Positions 10,675-22,416 of a stretch of 64,000 nucleotides of DNA are shown piece by piece. Position 1 is the first letter of the stretch. Each line of letters begins with the position of its first letter. Both the position numbers and the translations under genes were made by a program. The notes beneath the pieces are model-generated. The model was given only the letters and a program-made list of their open reading frames with translations. It did no database searches and was not told the DNA's origin. Origin of the DNA: Asterias rubens (lineage: Eukaryota). The stretch covers positions 10,912,001 to 10,976,000 of the forward strand of contig NC_047075.1 in the NCBI RefSeq assembly GCF_902459465.1, written 5' to 3'.

Positions 10675-12900
10675 ATGGTAAAGGCTCTTTTTCAATAAAC
10701 TGATTGCATATGATGAGTACATTGAGAAATGTGTACACTTCTATGCAGCCAGAGTGCTGTTTGAGCTTCAGAATTCAATGCAAGGGGTCTACTGGAACTA
10801 TTTTTTTTTGTGGTTTAAGAAAAATAAAATAAAATAAATAAATAAATACATACATGTGTTTCATAAGAAAATATCAAACGCTACATTACATCTTTTTGTA
10901 AAGTAGGGGAAAACTAAAGCAAACAAAGTAAAACTGCCTTATCTTGGCAAAATAATTGGCATCTTAGAGGACCTTGGCACACATGAGGTAATTAACAGCA
11001 ACTTGGATGCTGTGCATGCCAAATGCTTGGAAGCACAAAAGACAGGTTTATAGCTCAAGAGGAAGAGGGGTGGGACACGGCAGTGCTCCCCCTCCCCTAC
11101 CTGCCTCCCATCCACCCAGATTTTGTTGGCAAACATTTCTGAAATTCGAGCATTATTTTTGAACAATTTCTTAAAGTTTAAGGATTTTTTCTGCTGTCTG
11201 TAAACTGCCTCATGTGGTAGTGACCTTGGCTTATTTTACAGGACTTTTTTGAATGAGAGGAATGCTCTAAGAGCTCTTAGTGTTGAACTGTCCCTACTTT
11301 GAACACCTTGCTGTTCATAGACACACTTTTCTGGAAAGGTCCATGTAGCGTGGCATTTGTTCGAACTTACATTCAAGTACATAGTGTGCCATGTAACGAC
11401 ATCAATGGATTCCAGCAGTTAAGACTGTGGTAAAGCATTCTTCTCTATGATAACAAATGAACTTGCAACTATTAAACCTTTTGCACATTAACGAGTTAGA
11501 ACGACAAATATATCGACTGCTTCAGTACTTTTGCTTCAGTAGGTCGATTATGGTAAAGGCTCTTTTTCAATAAACCGATTGCATATGATGAGTACACTGA
11601 GACATGTGTACATTCCTATGCAGCTAGAGTGCTGTTTGAGCTTCAGAATTCAATGCAAAGGGTCTACCTAAACTATTTATTTTTTTGTTAAAAAAAACCC
11701 AATAATAAAATAAATAAATAAATACATACATGTGTTTCATAAGAAAATATGAAACGCTACATTACATCTTCTAGTAAAGTAGGGGAAAACTAAAGCAAAC
11801 AAAGTAAAACTGCCTTATCTTGGCAAAAATTGGCATCTTAGAGGACCTTGGCACACATGAGGTAATTAACAGCAACTTGGATGCAGTGCATGCCAAATGC
11901 TTGGTTAGCACAAAAGACAGTGGTTTATAGCTCAAGAGTAAGAGGGGAGGGACAAGGCAGTGCCCCCCCCCCCCTACCTCCCTCCCATACACCCAGATTT
12001 TGTTGGCAAACATTTCTGAAATTCAAGCATTAATTTTTGAATAATTTCATAAAGTTTAAGGATTTTCTGCTGTCTGTAAACTGCCTCATGTGGTAGTGAC
12101 CTTAGCTTATTTTACAGGACTTTTTTTTAATGAGAGGAATGCTCTAATAGCTCTTAGTGTTGGACTGTCCCTACACAAATGTGTACACTTCTATGCAGCC
12201 AGAGTGCTGTTTGAGCTTCAGAATTCAATGCAAGGGGTCTACTGAAACTAATTTTTTTGTGGGAAATAAATACATACATGTGTTTCATAAGAAAATATCA
12301 AACGCTACATTATATCTTCTAGTAAAGTAGGGGAAAACTAAAGCAAACAAAGTAAAACTGCCTTATCTTGGCAAAAAAATTGGCATCTTAGAGGACCTTG
12401 GCACACATGAGGTAATTAACAGCAACTTGGATGCTGTGCATGCCAAATGCTTGGTTAGCACAAAAGACAGTGGTTTATAGCTCAAGAGGAAGAGGGGAGG
12501 GACAAGGCAGTGCCCCCCCCCCCCTACCTGCCTCCCATACACCCAGATTTTGTTGGCAAACATTTCTGAAAATCAAGCATTAATTTTTGAACAATTTCTT
12601 AAGGTTTAAGGATTTTTTCTGCTGTCTGTAAACTGCCTCATGTGGTAGTGACCTTAGCTTATTTTACAGGACTTTTTTGAATGAGAGGAATGCTCTAAGA
12701 GCTCTTAGTGTTGAACTGTCCCTACTTTGAACACCTTGCTGTTCATAGACACACTTTTCCAGAAAGGTCCATGCAGCATGGCATCTTTGTTCGTACTTAC
12801 AATCAAGTACATAGTGTGCCTTGTAGCAGACGTCAATGGATTCCAGCAGTGAAGCTTGTGGTAAAGCATTCTTCTCTATGATAACAAATGAACTTGCAAC
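10675..12900. repeat. Tandem triplication of the 3' end/3'UTR of the CACTA ORF
   Basis: Three related units at ~10675-11470, ~11550-12175 and ~12177-12900, sharing GTGTACACTTCTATGCAGCCAGAG, GGCATCTTAGAGGACCTTGG and the ORF stop region. Confidence 0.85.
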
Positions 12901-14242
12901 TTCTAAAGCACTGCCAAGTACGAGGACGTATGGCTGTGGGCGTTTCACCTCATCAATTTCCTTCAAGTAACTGGGCATGTGGATGATCTCCTGCATGAAA
13001 ACAATGTTTAAATTGAATTAATACCCTTAAATAAGTTAAATAATAAAATCACCTGGGAAAGAGTTCGGTATTGTATGACACTTTTAAATATTACTAGTGT
13101 GCTGTGGCCAAGCATTTTGTCTCCCTGACTCAATTACTTCTGGTTACTGAATCATGAGAATGTTGGGTTTGAATCTTAGATTCGTTATCCCTGAAACTTG
13201 TGTTCCTCAGCAAGAACAAGTGATCTTCATCACCAAGTACAAGTTTGTTACCTGCCAGGGTAGATGTTGTTATTGTGAATTATTCCAGGGTTGCATACTA
13301 CTTTGGATTTGGGCTGGTTCCATGAGAAGAACTTGGACATTGGTGTAAGGCGTTTTGATAGTTACTTTAACACTGATACCAACCTTTTGTTTGTCAATAA
13401 AAGCTCCAACTCTTTCGTTGTGGGTGCGTCTTCCAGCAGTCGATTTTCTGATGTTGCCTTCCAAAATGAGGGGGACAATGTACATGGCCAAGCATGCCTT
13501 CTCATCTATAAAATGAGGAAATAAATAATAACTCACATATGGTAAGACTATTAGAGGTCGTGTAAATAATGAATTTTACTGAGAGCTCATTTATTGAATA
13601 CCTTAAAGGTGACCTTGACCAGACTCAACAGGTAATTTTGCATTGGTCGCTCTTAAATTCTGAGCACCTACATTGTATTTCCAACAATAAATGAGTTTTT
13701 AACCAAGTGCCCTAAAAATTTGCCATCTTGGTACAAAATGACCAGAAGTTGGATAGTTTATTTACAGAGTAAGCACTCCTTACCCAACCTTTTGAGGCCA
13801 CTTTGTACCAACTGTTTGGAAAGTTGAGTACTTTTATCCAACAATGGTCATTGCTGTGTGATAAACATTTTGTACATACATGACATAGGCCTAATTTAAA
13901 TATAAACTTTATCAGATCGAACGGCCTACTCTTTACTGCACAGCAGTGTGTAAATTTGTTACGTAAAGGTGGACATGGAGCACTCCGTCAAGTTGGTATG
14001 CACCGTATACGCTAATTATATACAATACAAAAGTGTATTGCCGTCGTATGACCATGGAGGTGACCTAATGTTATTGTTTGCAGCATTTGTCACTCGAACT
14101 TCTGCATAATAAGTTACAAATATTGTACTCTTATATCTGCTCCCTTATATCTGTTAGTTGCGTGCAACAAATTCTTACCTGTGAATATGTCCTTAAGGTC
14201 TGGAAGGTCCCAGTCATCCAGCAATGACTCGATGTCCGCCAT
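12664..14242 (-). CDS. Putative spliced ~170-aa CACTA accessory (ORF2-like) mini-protein: exons 14242-14179, 13505-13384, 12990-12664
   Basis: MADIESLLDDWDLPDLKDIFT (SAM-like start) | DEKACLAMYIVPLIL..FIDKQK | EIIHMPSYL..QPYVLVLG..FVIIEK..IDVCYKAHYVLDCKY..WTFLEKCVY. All four junction sites are GT/AG and phases are compatible. The C-terminal motif resembles animal EnSpm second-ORF proteins (from recall). Confidence 0.5.
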
Positions 14243-14674
14243 GTTACTTGCATGTGTGTGCGTCCGAAAGATAAGAGGCTAGAAAAGAAGTACATGTACA
14301 TGTACACGGTCGGTCGGAAGCGCGCCTGCACGTTGTAGTGCTATTTCTCACCTGTTGGCCAATTTTGTGCAAAACTCCACAACATATTGGGTGTTGCTTG
14401 ATTTTTCTACCCAACGAAATGGTACTTGAAAGAATTCCATTAATAGTTGGGCATTGATTACCCAACGACAGGTTACTACAACACTGTTATTTTTCAAATT
14501 TACCCAACAACAAAAAGTGCCCATTAGTTAAATAAAAAGGGACCAACAAATGTACAAATTCATTTGCCCAGTAGTTTTTTTTTTAATTTGCCCATTAGTT
14601 AAACAAAAAAAAACCCAACATATGCACAAATTAATTTGCCCAATATTTTTTTACCCAGCATTTTTTACAGTGTA

Positions 14675-16125
14675 TGTACCAAAAGTGATCTTCTTGTGTG
14701 CTTGGAACAATTTAGTGAGGAACACTCTGAAGCTCCTATGACTAGCAGCGTAGTTCTTGATGGATCAGTTATCATACTGATGATAAGGCCTGCTGCAGCT
14801 ATTAAGGACTTTGAGAAATATACAAACAATACCTTCATTACAAACATTTACCTCACAGTTTCATAAAGCGTCACGTGTCGATCTGGTATCGCATATATTG
14901 ACAATTTCCTGATAGGTACAGCTAGAGCAAAGCATGAGAAGGGCATACGCAGACGTGCAGTTGCAGAAACTGCCATACCAAGAATTTGCAAGAACGTCTT
15001 CGTGTAGACAGCATCAAGACAGAGCTCTTTAGATTCCTGTCTCATGCTTCTCAATCCAGCACTTCCTTTCACCAGATGGGGCTGGACCGAGACAGATGAT
15101 GGTCTGTTTGAACCGTATTGGAAAACACTACCAGATGCCTCCCAAGCCTGCTATGAACTCGTAAGATAAACCTGCAACACAAGGTTGTGTGGAGAAAAGT
15201 GCACATGCATCATATCTGCATTTGAATGCACAGACGTGTGTGTGGAATGTGAAGGGGCCTTGCTGAAAAGTTGATTTGAACTGACCACAATGGGAGATCG
15301 TAGCTTCAATATTTCCATCATGGTTGTGAGCCCCTATGGCCGAATAATAGTACAGCAATCCCGACATCGAAATTTTTAGTTGATAATGACTAGTGAACCA
15401 TTTTTTAGGTTCTTGAGAAACAATCATAATGTTATTGTACTGATCTTAACATAACTTATGAGTTAAAGGGGTGTTAATATTTAAAAAAAATTGCAATTTT
15501 TAATTTAATTGGATAAAAAGGATAGGTTTATCATTCCAGAGCTTTTTGCTGAGTTTTTTATTTTGCTGTGTTTTTATTATGTGAAAAAGACGATTGCAAA
15601 ATGGAAGAATTTGATGACAAGTTGCTAAATACCCCCCTTAAAGATGCAACATACCCCTTTAATATGATTTTAACATTGCTTAAATTATTAAACAATCATT
15701 TCAGAAGATGTTAAGTACCTTTTAATGACATTAGTAAATGCTGGTGTTGATTTGTATGCAAACATGCCCCTAAAACTAGTATTTGGCGGTCTTTTTTGGT
15801 GAAAAGTGGCCAAATGCCCCTTTAAGATGCAAAATGCCCCTTTAATGTGCTTTTAACATTGCTTAAATTATTACACAATCATTTCAGAAGATGATAAGTG
15901 CCTATTAATGACATTTGTAAATTCTGGTGTTGATTTCTTAGCCAATATGCCCATAAAACAGTAGTATTTGGCGGCCATTTTTCAAAATGGCCGCCACGGC
16001 CACGAGGGACGGAATTTGCGATGGCCCAATATCCAGTTTTGTTCAGAATACTATTCTCTACATCTGTGCCAAATTTGATGCTTTTATCACAAAATGCACG
16101 ATAGGTTAGCTATGCCGCCCCACTA
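14675..16125 (+). mobile_element. 3' part of a CXC-terminated DNA transposon (degenerate transposase + right end)
   Basis: TKSDLLVCLE..VVLDGSVII.MIRP..GTARAKHEKGIRRR..RVDSIKTELFRFL, fused by deletion to WGWTETDDGLFEPYWKTLPDASQACYEL..C..C..CTC....CTDVC; stops and frameshifts present. Subterminal ~170-bp repeats and terminus GCTATGCCGCCCCACTA. Superfamily not assigned. Confidence 0.7.
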
Positions 16126-17304
16126 ACTCATTGATTAAAGGAGGCAACATGGTAGGTTTTCCCGAAATTTTACACGTCAAATGGAGCTGTTGTGTTACTT
16201 ATTTGTATACTACAAAGGCTTAAAGATTTGTAGTAAGCACACTTTGCGGTAGCACAATTTCGTTTTTGAGCATGTGATGTCTGCTTGATTATAAGCTAAC
16301 ACTTGGCTTGTTCAAAACATAATATGCAAAGCTCAACCTAAACTAAATGTCATTTTCATGTGGGGATTTTAATTTTGTCATACACGAGTTTCTAAATTTA
16401 ATAGGCAGGTAATCTGCCCGAGCAGTCAGCAGCATGACTGGTTTATTCTTGGTCCAATTGCCAGCTTAAGGTGCAATGTTTGGATCCGGGAGTATAAGGA
16501 TATAACAGGTGAAATAGGCTGATATAATGTATTGTTTAGGCCATTCTTGAAAATGCATGAGCAGACTTGACCCTGATACCGAGTTCAAAGCGGCCTGACC
16601 CATGATCTATTGGACAGTGTGACCTTGGAACTGTGGTTATTTTATCAAAATGAACTAATGTGTCAATTAGACGCAGATTAAGGTTCGTTAGGAAATGGGA
16701 CAGGCCAAACGTGACAAAGAATCCAAATAAATTCTACCCCGATAGTTTTTAGACGGTAATTTTTTGTTCATGTTTTTTCTTCTTTCTTGCTTGTGCTACA
16801 GAGACCTTAGTATGAACTTCTTGCGAGAGAAACCAGAAGATTGGTTGTTGCAGTTTGATTATCTCGTTTACCTGTACGTATGATAATGTGTGATTGATTA
16901 ATAATAATGATCTACATAGCTCAACGACCATCACATATTAACCCTAGCAAATGCTCTTTTCGATTTCAAGGCCAGCTTTTCGTGCGCGCTCATCTTCACA
17001 CGAGAGGACGGAGCCTGAAGCAGAATCCAAAGCCGAAGCCATTGTTTCGAAAAGGGCCATAGTCTCTCATTAGAGAATGCAAAAAATAATTAGCTTAGTT
17101 TGTGTTGAACTGTGAATTTTCGATTTGTATTTAAGTTCCTGCATTGTGTGGATCTCTGTTCTGAATGTTTACACACAGTGCTGAATAACGTTGTATAAAG
17201 TGTACGTCACGAAGGAACGCCGCCGGTTTTTAGTAGCCTTTAGTCAAGGCGCACGCGGCACACCGGAAGGCACGCACAACCCCAAAAATGTAACGCACGA
17301 ATAG

Positions 17305-17605
17305 ATACTACCAGCGCGAGCGGCGTAAGCCGCGAAGCGCCTTTAGCAACTCGTTTTAGAGCTTTATGTTTTTCTTTACCTTTGCCACGATTTTGGTGGG
17401 AGGACATGTATCGAATTTGCATCGAACGTTCTTGTGACGTCATGCAACTAATTGTGGCTTCAAATTGGCCAGCAACTCACCACGCTAATGCCTTATGCAT
17501 TACATTTTCTCCCTCAAAAATCGTTGGCAAATGTAAAGAAAAACAAAAGGCCCCAAAACGAGTTGCTAAAAGCGCTTCGCGGCTTACGCCGCTCGCACTG
17601 ATATA
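17305..17605. repeat. Inverted-repeat (MITE-like) element in the shared intron
   Basis: GCGAGCGGCGTAAGCCGCGAAGCGC..GCAACTCGTTTT arm mirrored at 17545-17600; central TGACGTCA; also present at 62935-63225. Confidence 0.7.
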
Positions 17606-17928
17606 TATATTTTGTTCAATCGTGCTAAAGTCTAGGTTTCTAGTAAAACTAGGACATTTCATGTGTCGCGCTCTAAACCAATGCAAATGTAGATTTTTTG
17701 TGAAGGGTGCAATTAGAAAACTAAATCTTTTCCATGTAAACAGTTATTTAGCTGGCGTTCTTTGGGTATAATGTTTGCCCCAAACTGTTCGGGCTTTCCC
17801 AATATGTGTAGTAAATGTAAACTGAGGAGAGTGTTTATTTTTTAGGGACATCGAGATAAGGGAAGAGGGGGACATGATTTGCATAAAGACGATCTAATAT
17901 TGTTTTGACTTTGTTCTTTTAATTTCAG

Positions 17929-17988
17929 GAGTGTATCCGGAAATCTTATTTCGAATTCATTTAAAGTACCACCGTCTCTCAGGTCTCT
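17929..17988 (+). CDS. Gene A LRR exon (SVSGNLISNSFKVPPSLRSL)
   Basis: tttcag|G..CT|gtaagt, 60 nt, phase 2/2; paralog at 63678-63737. Confidence 0.85.
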
Positions 17989-20900
17989 GTAAGTTGAATA
18001 CGTTTTTGTCTCATTTTGGGATTAAAGCTCATTATTTCACTAGACCAGTTGCTCGTTGACTCGATGCCTGTTTTGTTGTAGTATTTCATCGAACGCGTGG
18101 AGTATATAATCCACTATCCTATACCGTGCGGTTAAAAAAAACTGTCATCTTTTGGTGATATATCTTTAGAAGTACTGTACGGTTGGAAAATGTACACAGT
18201 GTTAAAATTAGTGAACCAAATCCATTGTTATGATATTTCCAATAGAAATGTTATTTCAATAAGAATGTTATTGGGAGAGCAGTACGACAATTCTAAATAA
18301 ATGGCTAATTAGCCAGCCGAAAGAGGTTAGTTGCACAATCGCTTAAAGCCATTGGACACTTTCTGAACAGAACAACAATTCAAATTTCACAGATTTACAA
18401 ATAACTTACAGGGTTTACAGAAGGTAATGGTGAAAGACTTCCCTCGAAATATTATTCCATGAAATGCTTGACTTTTTGAGAAAACCTTAAAACAATTATC
18501 AATTCTCGATTATGAGAATAATGGAATTATTTTAAACCATGTCATGACACTGCGTAACGTGCGGAAACAAGGGTTGGTTTTCCCGTTATTTTCTCCCGAC
18601 TCCGATTACCGATTGAGCCTAACCTTTCACAGGTTTGTTATTTTATATATAAGTTGTGATACACGAAGTGTGGGCCTTTGGACAATACTGTTTACCGATG
18701 TTGTGCGATTGCTTTAATGGTTTTTTTTGGGGGATCGAAACTATAATGTTAGAGGCTGCAACGAAAACACTTATGTTTTGGACCTTTAGGTCACACTGCC
18801 ATGGATTTGTATCAAGCGAGGCATTCTAGAAACAATGGTCCTGTCAGATGTCCACTTCTTTCAAGAGAGTTGGCCAATCCATAAATTATCTAAAGACCCA
18901 CTTACAAACATTGTTCATTTTCATTCCAGTGACGATTTCTTAAAAACAATTATAATACATTTATAACCAAAATGGTAAATTTCGAGTGATAAAACACTCT
19001 ATAAGATTTGACATACAGACAAGCGATTTAATTTTCGGGTTGCAACATCGTTTTGATTTTGTTTTTTTCTTCAAAGGTCGGCTTATGATAACCAGTTGCA
19101 AGATATAAGAATGATGATGGAAACCGGAAAACTATGGAAAGTGTAAGTACCTATCTACTTTTTGTTTGCCAAACTAATCATGATGTTGAAATGATTGACC
19201 AGTTCACCTGGTGCAATATAATGGTGAACGGTTGTGTTCATCATTAAGCCACGCCCATTTCATGTGCCCCCTAACATTACCCATACATTGCGTACGTAAA
19301 GAGCTCATGCACCACGCTTACATGTCCAGGTCACATGCACGTTGTCAACAACCAATGGAAGCTATCTTCTGATGATCTGCTTCACTCGTCCCCAGCGCCT
19401 TGCTTAAACCAAAGGCGCTGGGATGGGCAAACGTATCATGCACTGTCATTGGTTTAATAATGCGCAGTCCCATCATGCATCACACTCACACTGCGCCACA
19501 TTTCTATGCACTGTAATGTACGCATGACGTACTTCCTGAACAAGAATCTGTGCAAGCGATTAGCCCATCCCAGCGGTCCTGGATAGACTGGCCGCTGGGG
19601 CCGAGCGAAATTATCTGCCTGTTTGCCTGAACGATTCAATGAGGGCGCCGTTTTAGTTTGAGATTGTCAAAAATACATTTTCGCGAATATCCATTGCGCA
19701 AGCGTTAACTGTTAAATTGGCTGCATGCTGGTCTAGCTGGCGATCAAACTTGATTGCTAGGTAGACCAGCATGCACCTCATTCACGCCTAATGCACGCGT
19801 TCCAAGTATCTGTGTAAGGTCTATGGACATCCTTAAACTCGTTCTATTCGTTCTAACTCACAAAAAACAACTTTCGTTCATCGATCTCCAGCTTTTGCCT
19901 CAAGAAGGGCGTTGATAGAGAGTGTGACGTCATATAAAGGGGTATTTGGCACATCTGAATAATAGCCGAGTGTTTAAGCATCGATTTAAAGTTTAGCTGG
20001 TTAAGTCATCGGAGTGTGTTTGTTAGAATCCCTGTCGTGACACTTGTGTCCTTGAGCAATGCATTTTACCATGATTGCTTCCCTTCACCCAGGGGTATAA
20101 ATGGAGACCCGCGAGGGTAAAGGTTGATATTGTACTTGAGAAGGCCCCTGGAGCGTTACTGTTGCCCAAGTTGAATACTCCCCAGGGAGCTGTAAAGCGC
20201 AATGAGAAGGTTATTGTGTAATGCGCTATAATAGATGTTAAATTTGCATCGGGGAAAAAGAATATGCATGTTACTCGGGTGGGATTCGAGCCCACGACCC
20301 TTGCAATTCTAGAGCAGTGTCTTACCAACTAGACTACCGAGATTGCCCGGCAGCTAGAGGCAGTTCGAATCCTATGTTTTGGCAGCGGGTACCGCAACGA
20401 TATAATAGATTTTAAATTGGCATCGGGGATAAAGAATATTAATTTTGGTTTTTACCCATACACCGATGTGTTAGCACTGTATACTCAGTACCTTCCCGAG
20501 TCCTCTGAAAACAGGTACCCGCTGCCAAAACATAGGATTCGAACTGCCTCTAGCTGCCGGGCAATCTCGGTAGTCTAGTTGGTAAGACACTGCTCTAGAA
20601 TTGCAAGGGTCGTGGGTTCGAATCCCACCCGAGTAACATGCCTGTGATATTTTTTTTTACAGGACTCAGGAAAATACTGAGTATACAGTGCTAACACACA
20701 ACGGTGTATGGGTAAAAACCAAAATTAGTATACAAATTTGTTATTGTTTTGTTATTTTAAGCGAACATCTAATATATCCATCGTTTGCCTCGGGGGGGGG
20801 GGGGTGGGGGGTTGGCTGATAGAGAGTGTGACGTCATATGTAGGGATAATTGACAGTTTTTAAACCTGATAAGCGAACAAATGGGCCTCCATCAGCAGAC

Positions 20901-22381
20901 ACGTTGACATGTCATATGTCCGACGCAGTAACCATTTTGTTCCACTTTTCCCCCAGATCTTTCGCAAGAAACAAGTTGGAAGTAATTCGAACGGATACAT
21001 TTAGAAACTGCAACGAACTAGCTAAAGTGTAAGAACTATTAGTTTTAATGTTTTGAATGTAAAATTCATTTATCTCTTGTATTAAACTGTCTGTTTGTGA
21101 AGTTTATATTTAAGTTCATATTAACGCTGCTTCGACCAGCCAGTGCAGTTTCCGTGCAGTGTCACTTTTATAGTAACGTAATGTTTGCGGTACAAGTTAT
21201 AAAGATTCAGTGTCTTAGTTGTTAAAGACACTGGACACTATTGGTAAGTGTCAAAGACCAGTCTTCTCACTTGGTGTATCTCAAAAAAAAATTTTGAAAT
21301 AACAAACCTGTGAAAACTTGAGCTCAATTGGTCGTCGAAATTGCGAGATAATAATGAAAGAAAAACACCCTGGTCACATGAAGTTGTGTGCTTTTAGATG
21401 CTTGATTTCGTGACCTCAAATGCTGAATCTGAGGTCTCGAAATCAATTTCGTGGAAAATTACTTCTTTTTCGAAAACTACGTCACTTCAGAGGGAGCCGT
21501 TTCTCACAATGTGATATACTATTAACCTCTCCCAATTTATCGTTACCAAGTGAGGTTTTATGCTATCATTATTTGGAGTAAATAATACATGATCTTTGCT
21601 CTGTACAATGTTTAGTCATGGTGCCATTTATGAGTAACTGAAAACACCAGTGAATCGTTTCACCTTATACTAATGACAGAAGTGCGTAAAGAAAAAAAAA
21701 AATAAAGAAAATTAAATGAAATAAAAACAATGGTTACTGCGTCATAGACATTTGACACCCCTTAACAGTTTTAACTATGTTGTTTGTATTCTAAGGGGGC
21801 TTTCTGCAAACAAGATTTCTCAAATCGAGCCCGGTGGTCTTAGTGTGTCTAATTCTACCGAAATGTAAGTCCAAAATGTAAATATTAAAGATGCATACTT
21901 AAAATATTTGTGGGTGTGGCAGCCCCGCCAAAAATTACTGTCGAAGGTTAGAATATTTTCTGTCTAGTGACCACACTATCCGATATTTATTAAGTTAAAA
22001 ACAATTGTGCATAATGTGTAAGTCTTACTGACTTATATAAACCATGAATGTCAACACACAATGCCCACTAACTCACTGTCAGTAAGCCGACTATCACCAA
22101 CTATCACAAGGCCGATGTTTATAAATTACCTTTATATCTTCCGCTAGACGAAACCAGCCACATCTCGTTTTAAATAAAATAATATGGAATGAATTGGCTC
22201 TTCGATAATACCACATTGGATGATTGGCTTTAAATAGTCGTTATTTGGACGTATATGATCATTGACCAAGTTAAAGATACACATAAATTGAAAATATTAA
22301 AGTCTTTGAACAAAATCATTAACACTGATTTGTATCAGTGGTTGATAATGTTCCCTGTGGCCATTGGGGGAACCCCCACCC

Positions 22382-22416
<35 letters not shown>

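Larger units (their letters stand above)
9981..14672 (-). mobile_element. CACTA/EnSpm-type DNA transposon, internally deleted (4.69 kb)
   Basis: Termini CACTGTAAAAAA / TTTTTTACAGTG, TA on both sides (9979-80, 14673-74), subterminal CCCAAC/TTGGGC repeat arrays, accessory-protein-like coding remnants; no DDE transposase ORF seen. Confidence 0.8.
16127..18252 (+). repeat. Segmental duplication block shared with 61739-64000
   Basis: Collinear, roughly 90% identical by eye, includes LRR exon 2 and flanking intron; one ~140-bp indel near 17700/63310. Confidence 0.95.

Noticed and set aside
16749-17045. Minus-strand ORF pieces (MASALDSASG.., MMVVELCR..) conserved at 62345-62670
   Set aside because: Their conservation is explained by the segmental duplication; they contain stops and no identifiable domain.
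20564-20635. Functional tRNA-Ser(AGA) gene
   Set aside because: Only 5-bp acceptor and 3-bp anticodon stems, no long variable arm as required for Ser, and embedded in a repeat; a SINE-type pseudo-tRNA.
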